Positions 11,875 through 31,478 of a stretch of DNA of 64,000 nucleotides are shown here, piece by piece (within the stretch, counting starts at the first letter, position 1; the number at the start of each line of letters is the position of its first letter). The translations under genes and the position numbers were made by a program. This DNA is from Zygnema circumcarinatum SAG 698-1b (Eukaryota > Plantae > Zygnematophyceae), in contig CM074808.1 in assembly GCA_037447605.1 (NCBI GenBank), positions 1,240,001 to 1,304,000 on the forward strand. Reading direction: 5' to 3'. The notes below the pieces were generated by a model. That model was not told where the DNA came from and did not search any database. It worked only from the letters and a program-made list of their open reading frames with translations.

Positions 11875-12200
11875 GCGGAGAGAGCAGAGCAGAGGAAGAA
11901 AGAGACAGAGAGAGACAGCAGAGGAGAGAGAAGAGGAGAGAGAGAGCAGAGGAGATAAAAGAGGAGATAAAAGAGGAGAGAGAAAGAGCAGAGGAGTGAG
12001 AGCCGAGGAGAGAGAGTATAGAGGAGAGAGAGAGAGAGCAGAGGAGAGAAAGACTAGAGGAGAGAGCAGAGGAGAGAGAGAGATTGCAAACCAGAAGAGG
12101 AGGGGAGGGGAGGGGAGGGGAGGGGAGGGGAGGGGAGGGGAGGGGAGAGGACGGGAGGNNNNNNNNNNGGGCAGGGGAGGGGAGGGGAGCGGACGGGAGG
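11875..12200. repeat. GA-rich and (AGGGG)n microsatellite containing a 10-N gap (12159-12168)
   Basis: Direct reading. Confidence 0.9.
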
Positions 12201-12633
12201 AGCGGGAAAGAAATATTCAAAAAAGGGGGGCCATCTCCTCCCGAAATATCCAAAATGGGGGAGGGGGGCAGAATAGCCGAAATGGGAGGGTCGGATTTCA
12301 AAAAAACAGTGGCGGGATAACCAAAAAGGGGGGCGGTATATAGTTCTCCTAAGAATAGCCGTATGACCACTAAAATTGAACGACGCTTACAACCATGCGG
12401 TCGGCGAAATGGCGCTGGCCCGTCAGAGAGCTTGCCGTACGGTCGAACAAGCACCTGACTATATAACCATTTTAGAAGTGTTTTATAAAACGGCCTGACT
12501 TTTAGAATTTTTAATTGGAGTTCTAATACACGACACTGCGTTCTAATGTCCATTCCTACACGGCACACATGGGACTCTAAGACCAACATTTTGCCTATGG
12601 TTGGCTGGGCGACCAACCAGCCACTGGATTCGG

Positions 12634-12705
12634 GGTTCAAGGATTAGGGTTTAGGGTTCAGGGTTCAAACTACAGTACAGGGTTAGGGTTCAAGGTTCCG
12701 GGTTA
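12634..12705. repeat. Short degenerate interstitial TTTAGGG/TTCAGGG-type repeat
   Basis: GGTTCAAGGATTAGGGTTTAGGGTTCAGGG...GGGTTAGGGTTCAAGG. Confidence 0.65.
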
Positions 12706-13152
12706 AAAAATTAGTGTCAACTGTTGTTCCATAGAACCATAGTCCAAATCTTGACCCGCAATAAGTTGGAACCCGCACGTGTGAATGAACCTTTCAAAAA
12801 CAGGTCCGAGAAAATGTTCTAGTGTTCAACTGGGAAGAATTCCAAACCTCCGAATGTCATGTCTAATGTAATTCACATAGAATAATTTCCCAAAACAATG
12901 TTCGAGATGTTTAAAGCTGTTCACCTTTAAGCGAGAGATGAAAGCGGTGACACCCACCGACGACCCAAATGGACGAGGCAACAGCCGCATCAAACTGATT
13001 CACTATAATGTGAAGGCGGCACTGTCACTCCATTAACTGCGAGCAATAGCTACAGGCCTGCTAACGAATTATCCAAAGAAGTTCCGCTGATGCTAAGGTC
13101 TTAAGGGATAAGTGACTGACTTAGTGCCATCTAAAACCTATTCTTCCGTGGC

Positions 13153-15106
13153 TCAAAACCTTGACATGAGCATGGGTTCTGGTGAAGCAATCTCTTCCAC
13201 ATAGGAACCCGAGGAAGGACCCCCTTCCCCTACCACTTTCGTCCTTTGCTGTGGAATGAAACCATTGAGCCCGATAACTCTTTGGGCATAGTCAAGAGCC
13301 CATCTTACCTGCAGCACACAACACCCGATCGCCCATTATTATTCCACACAGGCAAGCTTGTTTTTGCCCAGTATTGTGAATGCAAACCCAGTACTACAAA
13401 TGAAGATGTAGGCAAAGAAGGGGCCTGGAACTGCAGCAAATGCTGGAAAAGATACATACCTTACGCTGATCTTTCGCACCATAAGGTGGTCTCTCAAGAA
13501 ACTGGAAACTAACGGCACGAAAACTCAAGGAGGGCAGCTCGTGCTCACAGTGGGAAACGCAAGTTCGAGCGACGCAATCTCATCCCATGCGAAGAGTTTC
13601 GTCTCAAGGCTCTCAATGCCTGCGAGCCCACAAATTCAACGCGAACTCGATTTATGGCTCAAACAACGCCTGCTAACCTGCTCCCATCCCCTCCCAACTG
13701 AGCTTTTCCCATTGAAAAAGGAGGATCATATTCAGAGCACTACATGAACAGGTCAATGAGTGTCCCCACGAGCAACTGAATGTCCAACTAAATCCATCAG
13801 GGAGCTGAAGCTGTCGCAAAGATTATTGAAGGTTACAAATCAACACGAGCAGGGTTTCCACACAATCTGCAATGCTGACCAAAGAAGGACACGCTCCGAC
13901 AAACGGGTCCACAAGTGAGTAGTTAAATGGAATTTCCCAACGAGAAATAGTTCTTTATGACTCACCAGCCGATAGAACGGGAGACTTGAGTCGCCCCAAG
14001 TAGAGAAGTTGCACCTGTTGTTCGTCCCAAACCCACGCATGAATGATTGAGAATATGAATAGAGAAAAAGCGCTTCAGAACGTGGCTCGATTGAGTCTTT
14101 TGCTGATAAGAACAACCTTAGGACCTTAGGATCCACCCGCGGCCTGCCTCCATCATGCACAAAGAAAAAGGACAGCATCTTTTGGAGCAGCTTCACTGCA
14201 GTCTGCCTCTCCTCACCTGCCCGGGCACATTGTACACGGCAAGCAAAGGGCCGAGCTCTGCACTCGCTCCTGCCTCCTCCATAACCTCTCGAGCTGCTCC
14301 CTCTCTTGCGCTTTCTCCAAGCTCCATGAAACCTACAGACGACAAACCATCCGCGATATTTCACTGTTTTTACAACGATTGATCCGCATTCTACCAACTC
14401 CTTTTTGTGAACTGTTTGCCCTCCTCTCCCCATGTTCCCCTCTCCTCTGCCCTCCCTCACCTTGCGGGACGCCCCACCGCCCTCGGCAGGGCTCGATGGC
14501 GCGCTTGCAGAGAAGCACCTGCGGGCAGAGAGAGAGAGAGGGCTAAGAGCAGCAGCTGGCAGGGAGGGAGGGAGGGGACTGAAGAAGAAGAAGAAGAACG
14601 GCCTTGCAGGGTTTAGGGTTCAATCATTAGGGTTCAAAGTTCAAGGTTCAGAGTTTAGGGTTCAGGGTTTAGGGTTTAGGGTTTAGGGTTCAGGGTCTAG
14701 GGTTTAGGGTTCAAGGTTCAAGGTTCAGGGTTTAGGGTTCAAGGTTCAGGGTTTAGGGTTCAGGGTTCAAGGTTCAGGGTTTAGGGTTCAGGGTTCAAGG
14801 TTCAAGGATTAGGGTTCAGGTTACCAGGTTCAGAGTTAGGGTTTAAGGCTCAGAGTTCAGGGTTCAGGGCATACGGTTTAGGATTTAGGGTTTCGGGGTC
14901 AGAGTTGAGGGTTCACGGTCAGGGTTCAAGGTTTTAGGTTTAAGGTCGAGGGTTTAGAGCTTTCTGTTCAGGGTTAGGGTTTAGGACTCAGGGCTAACAA
15001 TGTAGGGTTCAACATACAAGTTGCATTTCTTTAGCGTATGCTGAAGTCAGCTGCTACATGCAATCACAGCAGTTGCAGTTGCGGCCGCCGCTGGTGTGTG
15101 CGAGAG

Positions 15107-15168
<62 letters not shown>

Positions 15169-16955
15169 GGGGAGAGAGAGAGAGGGAGGAGCAGCACCTT
15201 TCCTTCCGAGACGCAGATCGCGCCCACGACCACCTTGGGGTTGGCGTAGTGCACGGCCGCGCAGGAGGGCGCGGAGCACACGTCCCGCGCTCGCTCGTCC
15301 CCTGCCCGCCCCCGCAGAGTCAGTCAGTCAGTCAGTCAGTCAGTCAGTCAGCTCCGGCGCCGGGAGGGAGGGGAGCCCTCACTGCACCTCCAGCTTGCAT
15401 GGCGGCAGGAGGGTGGTTACCTGCTGGAATGAGGTGGACTGTGGGCTGCCCACACTGAGAGCAGAATTTAACTTTCCGAAGGTCCTCGTTCATTGCCCTG
15501 TAGCCAGCAGGGCAGGAAATCACGGCATGTCATGGTGGAGGTCGCGTGGCGAAAGCTGCTGGTGGTGTTTGCAGCCGAGGATGCATGTTTGGTCTAAATG
15601 AGCCGAATGGTTTGCAAGAGGGGAGGCCAAACCACCAAATTCCCTGAGGATAATCCTACAGATGTTACGGGTTATCCAGAAATGGAACCTGCTGATTGGA
15701 TCGGGTTGGCCTGATGTGACGTTTGCTCCTTCATCGGCCATCCTTATCTTTCTGTTTTGCAATCTTGGACTCCTTTGTGTACGCCTTTTTTGTTCCTGAA
15801 ACAGGTACTTGCAGGTAAGTAGATGCCACTGCAACGAATTCCAAAACTACTCGTGACTCCAACATACATCTTCAATATCATGGTTCTCGAATGATGCGTC
15901 TCGATTTCGTTGCAACGAAGTACATGCCAATACGAGAGTTTCATTACCAAACGAATCCTATACAGAAGTCAGCATGCATCTCATTTCTCAAGAGAGGAAG
16001 GCTTATGCCAAGGTTAAAGCAAAGCATCCAACGGGCCAGTTGCAGTATACAGCATAGGAAATCGTCCATGGACACTTTTCCCCGAAGAAAAGGGGGAAAC
16101 ACATTCTGGCCAAAACAACACGAAGTATGTCTCAAGTACGGACGTCTACGAATTCAGCAATACTAAGCTTGGAGTAAGGGGCTTTGGCCAGTTCTGAGAC
16201 TGAGATCCTGAGGACCGACAATTCACGAAAATGTCCTATGGTCGAAAACTGAGATGGCAGGACTAATCAATCAAAAAATTTAAAGCAAAAATATCACTTT
16301 TGCCCATGTAAAACAAAGCTAATTCTAAGAAATGATGCTGTGACTGATCATATATAAATTACCGTCTTGAAACTTGACCTTCCTGGACAATATTAATGGA
16401 ATAAAGATTGGGGCAATTTACTCGCAGTGACGAGCACATTACTACTGGGATGTCGAGAGCTGAGGATGCCTGACAAATGCTGGTAATGAATGAGGAATTC
16501 AGTATCTGAGCACTTAAAGAGGGACAATTATGCAGTATATTTTCCGCCACAAGTTCGATTGCTGGGGATTAATCCAACCTCAAGGGTCTCTCATGAAATT
16601 CAAGGAGATCCAATGCCTGCATTCCCTCCGAAAAAAGACTACGTCTTTGAAGTTTGCGAACAAACACACGTATCCAGTGGTGGTCGTGTCTGTACGCCAC
16701 GACGAATTAAGATCAGAATTGAAACATAGAGCCAATTCGATGGCAATCGTAAAGACTCACCAAAAATCTCCTCCCAGTGAAGTAGCAGCTAATGGCTCCT
16801 CCGCGCTGCGTGTGCCAAGCAGACAGACGACGCGTGCAGACAGAGAGAGGAGGCAAATTCAAAGACGCTCCAATGAACCCCTTCGCGTAGCCTGCAGGCA
16901 GCACCGCCTCCTGCGGGCCAGATAACAGGCAGCGCGCAGCAGACGGAGGAGGCAT
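13153..16955 (-). CDS. Nudix hydrolase with N-terminal zinc ribbon, NUDX23-like (FAD pyrophosphatase-like)
   Basis: Spliced product [92 protein letters not shown] (complete Nudix box) -VQLLYLGRL..[32 protein letters not shown]. The 5' exon(s) near 16955-16760 are less certain. Confidence 0.85.
14608..15010. repeat. ~400-bp degenerate interstitial telomeric array (TTTAGGG/TTCAGGG/TTCAAGG) inside a Nudix-gene intron
   Basis: 7-bp periodic G-rich units on the + strand, lying between exons at ~14519 and ~15198. Confidence 0.9.
15100..15186. repeat. (GA)n microsatellite; (GTCA)n follows at ~15320-15350
   Basis: Direct reading. Confidence 0.9.
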
Positions 16956-17349
16956 GGCCGCCCCTCCCTCCCCTCTCCTGCGCTTACCACCATCACACCC
17001 TCAACACTACCAAGGCTCTATGCGACCGTTAACTTCCTGTAAAACTAAATCCGTCGGAACAGCATATAATGACCTTACGTTCGTTCTATCCATTGAACTG
17101 GTTTACGGCGTAGTAACGAATTTAAGACGGCGTCTACAGTAACTCAAATTTATATGCTGAAACGAAACAGTGGCCGATTTCTCACATGGAGTCTTGGGCG
17201 CCAGACTCCGCCGAGGGAGGTTGCGGGGAGAGCGAGCGGCAGGATGGTCTCCCTCGTGCGTTCTACGCACGTGCGGAGCTGCCCTCTCCCTCGCCCCTCA
17301 AGCGCCGATGTGTGACCTTGGCGTGGGCACGCGCGCAAGCGCAGGGGCC

Positions 17350-26053
<8,704 letters not shown>

Positions 26054-26054
26054 A

Positions 26055-26086
<32 letters not shown>

Positions 26087-26789
26087 NNNNNNNNNNTAGC
26101 CGCCTTTGTACGATTCTACTTCTTTCCATTCTTGCAGGGTTGTTCGGATGTCTGTCTGTACAGCGGCCATTTAATAGGTGTCACTTTGTGCCTGAGAAGG
26201 GGCGAGCCGGAAAGGGGCAGTAGAGGGATTAGCGAGCGAGCGGGGTCTGTCCTGCCTGCCTCCAATAAGCAGCCGGAGGGTGCTGTGCTGCCTGCGCCAT
26301 GGCCTTGTCTTCTGCTGCAGTGCATCCTTTCCTTTCCGAGTTTTGTGGACTCCATGCTGCAGCAGCAGCAGCAGCAGCCTGCAGCCTCTGTAGGCAGAGC
26401 TTGCTCCACTGTCCGCCTGCTTGCTCGCCCTCCCTCCCTCCCTCCATATGTCTGTCTGTCTGTCGGCTTGCGTCAGCAGCGCAGCTGATGTCGGCTGTGA
26501 AGCTCCTCTGTCCTCGCATCTCTCGATAGCAATCTCAATTTTACCTTTTCACTCTCTCCTTAAAAGTAATATTTTTTGGAAATTTTATCTCGTCACTGTT
26601 CAAAACGAAAGCAGAAGTCCGAAGCTGAGGGCAGTACGAAGCCAGAATGTAACGTCATACGCGCTCGCACCTGAAAATTCCAGTTTTATGGAATGCGGAA
26701 TCAGCGTTATCACTCTTCCGTACATTTTCTCCGTATTTTCCGTACGGTGCCTGCTTCCCGGCTCTTCCTCCTGCCCAGGAATGTACATT

Positions 26790-26923
26790 AGGGGGTGTCA
26801 GACTGAGAAAAGCTGTTTGTTACTTTGAGACCAGAACGAGTACTCCGGAGATATCGTGGTCTTCCTGCGGCGGAGTACTGAAACTTTCCTGTTCGTCCGA
26901 TTTTGTTAAGTCTGACACCCCCT
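26790..26923. mobile_element. MITE, TIR AGGGGGTGTCAGACT, 3-bp TSD ATT
   Basis: TIR pair with ATT on both flanks. The homologous empty site on the minus strand at 12532-12560 (AGGAATGGAC-ATT-AGAACGCAGTGTC) carries a single ATT. Confidence 0.85.
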
Positions 26924-27035
26924 ATTAGAACGCAGTGTCTAAAAAATCTAAAAGTTAGGCCGTTTTATAAAGCACTTTAAGAATGGTTTAACGGACGGCT
27001 TAACTGTACAGTCAGCTACTGTACTACCTAAAATT

Positions 27036-27676
27036 AGGATACTGCTAAATTCACACCTTTTCTGTCTAAACACAGACCTTTTTTCGCCGGGCAGATTTTA
27101 AAATAGACAAAAATGGATTAAAGACGGAAAATGTTTTTTTCACACCTTACTGGAATCGATACACCCTTTTCGGTCGGACAGATTTTACCCCTGACATTGA
27201 AAGAAAAAGATATTGTCCTGCCCGAATCCTCTCGGAGCGGAAGATCCGTCCGGCACGACATCGTTCGCGGGTGTGCGTCCCTTACACGTGCGTTGAATCT
27301 CCACCATCGATTTTCTTGCAGATCGCACCACGGCAGATCCATGCCGTTCCATTCGCTGGGACCGAGCCCGGCTGCAGATCGAACGGTGATCTGCCGTGGT
27401 GCGATCTGCGAGAGAATGGACGGCGGAGATTCAACGCACGTGTGAAGGATCTCATGCCGGACGGACCTTCCGCTCCTAGCGGATTCGGGCAGGTCAATAT
27501 TGTTTTCTCTCAAAAAAAAAATCAGGAGTAAAATCTGCCCGACGGAAAAGGATGTATCGATTCCAGAAGTTGTGAAAAAAGCATTTTCCGTCATTAATCC
27601 TTTTTTGTCTATTTTAAAATCTGCCCGGTGAAAAAAGGTCTGTGTCACAAACAAGGTGTAAATTTAGCAGTCCCCT
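27036..27676. mobile_element. Almost fully palindromic foldback element (~300-bp imperfect arms), related to the long-TIR family
   Basis: Left arm 27036-~27340 is complementary to right arm ~27385-27676. Shares CCCGAATCC.CTCGGAGCGGAAGATCCG and GGAATCGATAC blocks with 37176-37930 and 53706-54650, but has different tips. TSD unclear. Confidence 0.75.
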
Positions 27677-28046
27677 AATTTTAGGATTTCTTCAGCCGTG
27701 TTCAAACTCAGCGGTCGTACGGACTTTCGGCCAGAGTGTTTTAAAACTCTGAAACTTCTAAGAAATTAGAACGCTCTAATTCTGAAATCTAAAACTCTCA
27801 AAGACCCTTGTACGGACAAGTACAGATCCCTATTCCTGCCTGAATTCTTGGATTTTTCCTGTCCGTATGAGCAGCTGTACTGCACGCGGTGCCGCTCCTC
27901 GTGGTTTCGCCCTTTCCAAGGAGCGTGCGTCGCCCCCGGGGCGGGCGGGCGGGCGGCCGGGAGGGAGGGGGGGAGGAAGTTAGAGGAGGGGCTGCTTAGC
28001 TCGCGACGTCGGTGCGGAAGCGGAGGGAGGCGGAGCTGAAGCAGCC

Positions 28047-29357
28047 ATGGCGCAGGAGTACCAGTATCAGGGTGTCCCGCCGCTAGGCTATCCTCAGCTT
28101 CCACCCCTCAGAGTGAATGTTCTGGGGGGGCAGTACTGCCTGCCTTATCCGACTGTGCTTATAATGAAGGAGAAGGCGAGCTGGTCCATGGAGAACATGG
28201 ACATTAGGGATGTCAATGGCACCTTGCATTTCCAACTTAAAGCAAAGTACGTTCTTTGTCTTTCTCCCTCAGGCCTGAGTGAAGCAATGAAAGTCTGAGT
28301 CTTGCCAACCACTTCCTGGTTCTTCAGGAAAACCCCTTGAATTTGAAGTGTTTCTCTTAGAATAGGACGACAGGCAGCTTCAGTTTTTTTAACATACTGA
28401 TGTCGACAACGTGGGTGTATGACAGAGCAATTAGTCTCCACAGTAAGCGAGCGCTTTTTGACTCTATGGGAAACCCAGTATGCTGCCTGATGAAGAAAGC
28501 ACTTTCTTTGCATTCTACAACGTACATTTGCCCAGGAATGGATTATAATGTCGACAATCACATAGCAACGCTGAAGACGCCGTTGTTCAATATTCTTCCT
28601 CATATTAAGGTATTTCTCTTTTGTTTTTTCAATATCCAGTCGCGATGAAGGCCTTCAGCATAGGAAAGGCTGCCGTTCATGGCAGCCATGCCTATAATTT
28701 TGTGGTCGCAGTCTTTCCTCTGGCTGAGGAGGAAGTGAGGTGACTTGAATCCAGCGAGGAACTTTGAGTGACGTTGCTTGAAAAGGAAGGAATACGTGGA
28801 GAGGACCAAGGCCGATGTCTCCAGTTTTGTTTGGAGTGTGCGTTTCGATATTTAGAGCAAGCAGTCAAACGCGCTATCTGGCGCTTTGTTTTGCTCCTTG
28901 GTGTGGCTCACCAGCATTCTTTGATCGTGCAGGTACACCTTCGAGGCAATGAAAGCGGCACTCCTGACTTCGACATTAGAGGATCCTTTATTGAACACAA
29001 ATTTGTGGTATTCTCTCGGCCTTCGCCCGTCACTCTGCTGCTTGAACTCAGTCGATGACATTTGGATACTCTGTTGGGGCATCATCGCGAGAAGCCAAGA
29101 TTGCTGTTTGGATCTGCGAGCAATGGCGATGATTAATGCTCTCTTTCCTACTGTTGCTTGTCTCTGAGCAGATCACGGACCGTGCCGGTCAACCCATCGC
29201 AGAAGTGAGCCGGAAGCTGCTGAGCATGAGCAGCATAGTCCTCGGAATGGATACCTATCTCTGCCAGATCTTCCCTGGTGTCGATATGGCTTTCGTCGCC
29301 ATGCTTGTGTGCGCTATTGAGGAGATAATTGTTGGAGATGGCGACAAGTCTGACTAG
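28047..29357 (+). CDS. LURP-one-related (LOR/Tubby_C_2-like) protein, 4 exons
   Basis: YCLPYPTVLIMKEK..S..NMDIRDVNGTLHFQLKAK, SLHSKRALFDSMGNPV, PDFDIRGSF, IAEVSRK, TY...IFPGVDMAFVAMLVCAIEEI. Confidence 0.85.
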
Positions 29358-29744
29358 GTGGAAAGGTAGACCTGCGTTATTTATGTTTGCTGAAAGCAGC
29401 ATTTAGGTCCCAAATTTATTTATTTTAAAAGTTTATGTTGTGATGTTTTATCTGCTCTAGCTAGTTTTTCCTTCCCTTCAGTAGTTGCTTACCCAAACTC
29501 GGCTTTTAATGAATCGCTTGGTGAATTCGTTTTGGTTCTGAATCAGAACGAAAGTTCTGAAAACGAGAACAATGAGAATAAGTTTACATTGTAACTGTGA
29601 ATTTTTTTTTTTTTAAGAAGAATGGCCGCACATGCCTCTGTAAACCAACTCTTTGCTTGTATACTTGGGCGGTGATGGTTTACGGCACATCCCATACTCC
29701 ACACCTGACACCTCCCCCGGCCGCTGCGCAGGCTGCTGCACTGC

Positions 29745-30650
29745 CAGCAGGTCGGACCATTGGTTGGATCGGCAACCATTGGACAACCATTGAATGGCAA
29801 TGGTTGCCAACCATTGCCATTCAGTGGTCGCGACCATTGGCAATGGTTATTTTGGTCCGACGGCAATGGTTGTTTTGGTCCGATGGCAATGGTTGTTTTG
29901 GTCCGACGGCAATGGTTGTTTTGGTCCGATGGCAATGGTTGTTTTGGTCCGACGGCAATGGTTGTGGATCACTGGCTATGGTTGGCAACCATTGGATCCT
30001 ATGGTCCGGAATCATTGGCAATGGCTGGCTGGGTCGGGAACCAATGGTTCAAACCATTGGCAATGGTTGTTTTGGTCCGACGGCAATGGTTGTTTTGGTC
30101 CGATGGCTGGCTGGGTCGGGCAATGGTGGCAATGTTTTGGTCCGACGGCAATGGTTGTGGATCACTGGCTATGGTTGGCAACCATTGGATCCTATGGTCC
30201 GGAATCATTGGCAATGGCTGGCTGGGTCGGGAACCAATGGTTCAAACCATTGGCAATGGTTGTTTTGGTCCGACGGCAAAGTTTGTGGATCACTGGCTAT
30301 GGTTGGCAACCGTGGGATCCTATTGTCCGGAATCATTGGCAATGGCTGGCTGGGTCGGGAACCAATGGTTTCAACCATTGGCAATGGTTAGCAACCACTG
30401 CATCCAATGGTTGGAAATGGTTGGCTGGGCCGGGAATCAATGGTTCGAACCCTTGGCAATGATTGGCAGCCATTGCCATCCAATGGTTACGACCATTGGC
30501 GATTGCTTTTTTGGTTTACGGCAATGGTTGTCAACCATTGAATCCAATGGTTCGCAACAAGTGGCAAAGGTTGGCAACGACTGAATCCAATGGGTCTGAC
30601 CATTGGCAATGGTTGGCTGGCTCGCAATGGTTGCAAACCATTGGATTGCT
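29745..30650. repeat. Diverged relative of the palindromic-minisatellite element: 23-bp units (GGCAATGGTTGTTTTGGTCCGAC) plus three longer higher-order units
   Basis: Start CAGGTCGGACCATTGGTTGGATCGGCAACCATTGGACAACCATTG aligns with the 11529 end. Higher-order unit beginning TTGTGGATCACTGGCTATGG recurs at ~29962, ~30155 and ~30283. No matching right TIR or TSD found. Confidence 0.8.
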
Positions 30651-31154
30651 GATGGGCGGAAATACTCAGGATGAGGCGCCACTATTGACGCCCGTCCAAC
30701 ATGGCCGGCGCGAAACTGCCGGCCGGCAAGCGTGGCCGTCAGCCTAAGCAGGTCGTCCGGGCCAATCGGTCGCCGCCGTCTGCCGACCTCCAGCGACACG
30801 TGATTGGTTCACGCTGACATGCCTTCAGGCGGCAGGTTGTGCCACGCTGGCAGTATAACTGCCACGTGTACGGCTGCGATCGCGTCGCCGCCCCCTCGTA
30901 ACCTTTTCCGCGCCCTTGTTCCCGTGAAATATCCGCTCGCAAAAAGCGCGAGGGCGGGGCGGCGATCGGACGGTCCGCCGGCGGCGGGCGCCATCGCGGC
31001 CGTCGATTGAGCGTGACCGCCGAGGGCCCGAATCGGCCCCTTACGGACGGCCTGGATGCCTGTCACGTGGCAGATCCGACGGGCGCAGGACAACCCCCAA
31101 AGGGAGCTATGGGAGCTCCCGCGCCCCTCGGAGCGGATCGCGCGTGCGCTTTCG

Positions 31155-31380
31155 CCTGCTCTTTCTCGCGCTCTCCTCTCGCTCTCACTCTCTCTCTCTC
31201 TGTCACTCGCTCTCTCGCTCTCACTTTCTCTCTCGCTCTTACTCGCTCTATCTCTCTCACTCTCTCTCTCGCTTTCTCTCGCTCTCTCGTTCTCGCTCTC
31301 TCTCTCTCACTCTCTCTCTCGCTCTCTCTCGCTCTCTCACTCTCACTCTCTCTCTCGCTCACTCTGTCCTCTCTTTTTTT
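31155..31380. repeat. (CT)n/(CTCG) microsatellite upstream of the C2-like gene
   Basis: Direct reading. Confidence 0.85.
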
Positions 31381-31478
31381 TTGTCGCTTTTTTTTGCTCG
31401 CGTTTCTTTTCACAGCGGGCCGTCACTTCCAACCGGTGCTGCACATGCCTCCCTTCGGTTATTAGACGTGGGGCCGTG

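Larger units (their letters stand above)
11485..12349. mobile_element. Degenerate foldback/long-TIR element with purine-rich microsatellite interior; host of the hAT-like insertion
   Basis: GGAGAACTATATA...CCCCCC...TGTTTTTTGAAA...CATTTTGGCTAT at left matches the reverse complement of ~12225-12349 once the 11529-11770 insertion is removed. Interior has GA and (AGGGG)n tracts and an N gap. Putative TSD is poor (TTAGAATT/TAAGAATA). Confidence 0.5.

Noticed and set aside
11753-12640. Long low-complexity ORFs over GA/CT tracts (also 15038-15601, 31007-31634, 44030-45388, 44206-45234)
   Set aside because: Microsatellite translation products. Only the zinc-finger end of 44030-45388 is retroelement coding sequence.
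26054-26096. Poly-G run followed by Ns right after the AAA stop codon
   Set aside because: Typical sequencing or assembly gap edge.
30435-30455. GGTTCGAACCC resembling a tRNA T-arm
   Set aside because: It is part of the minisatellite variants; no cloverleaf or A-box.
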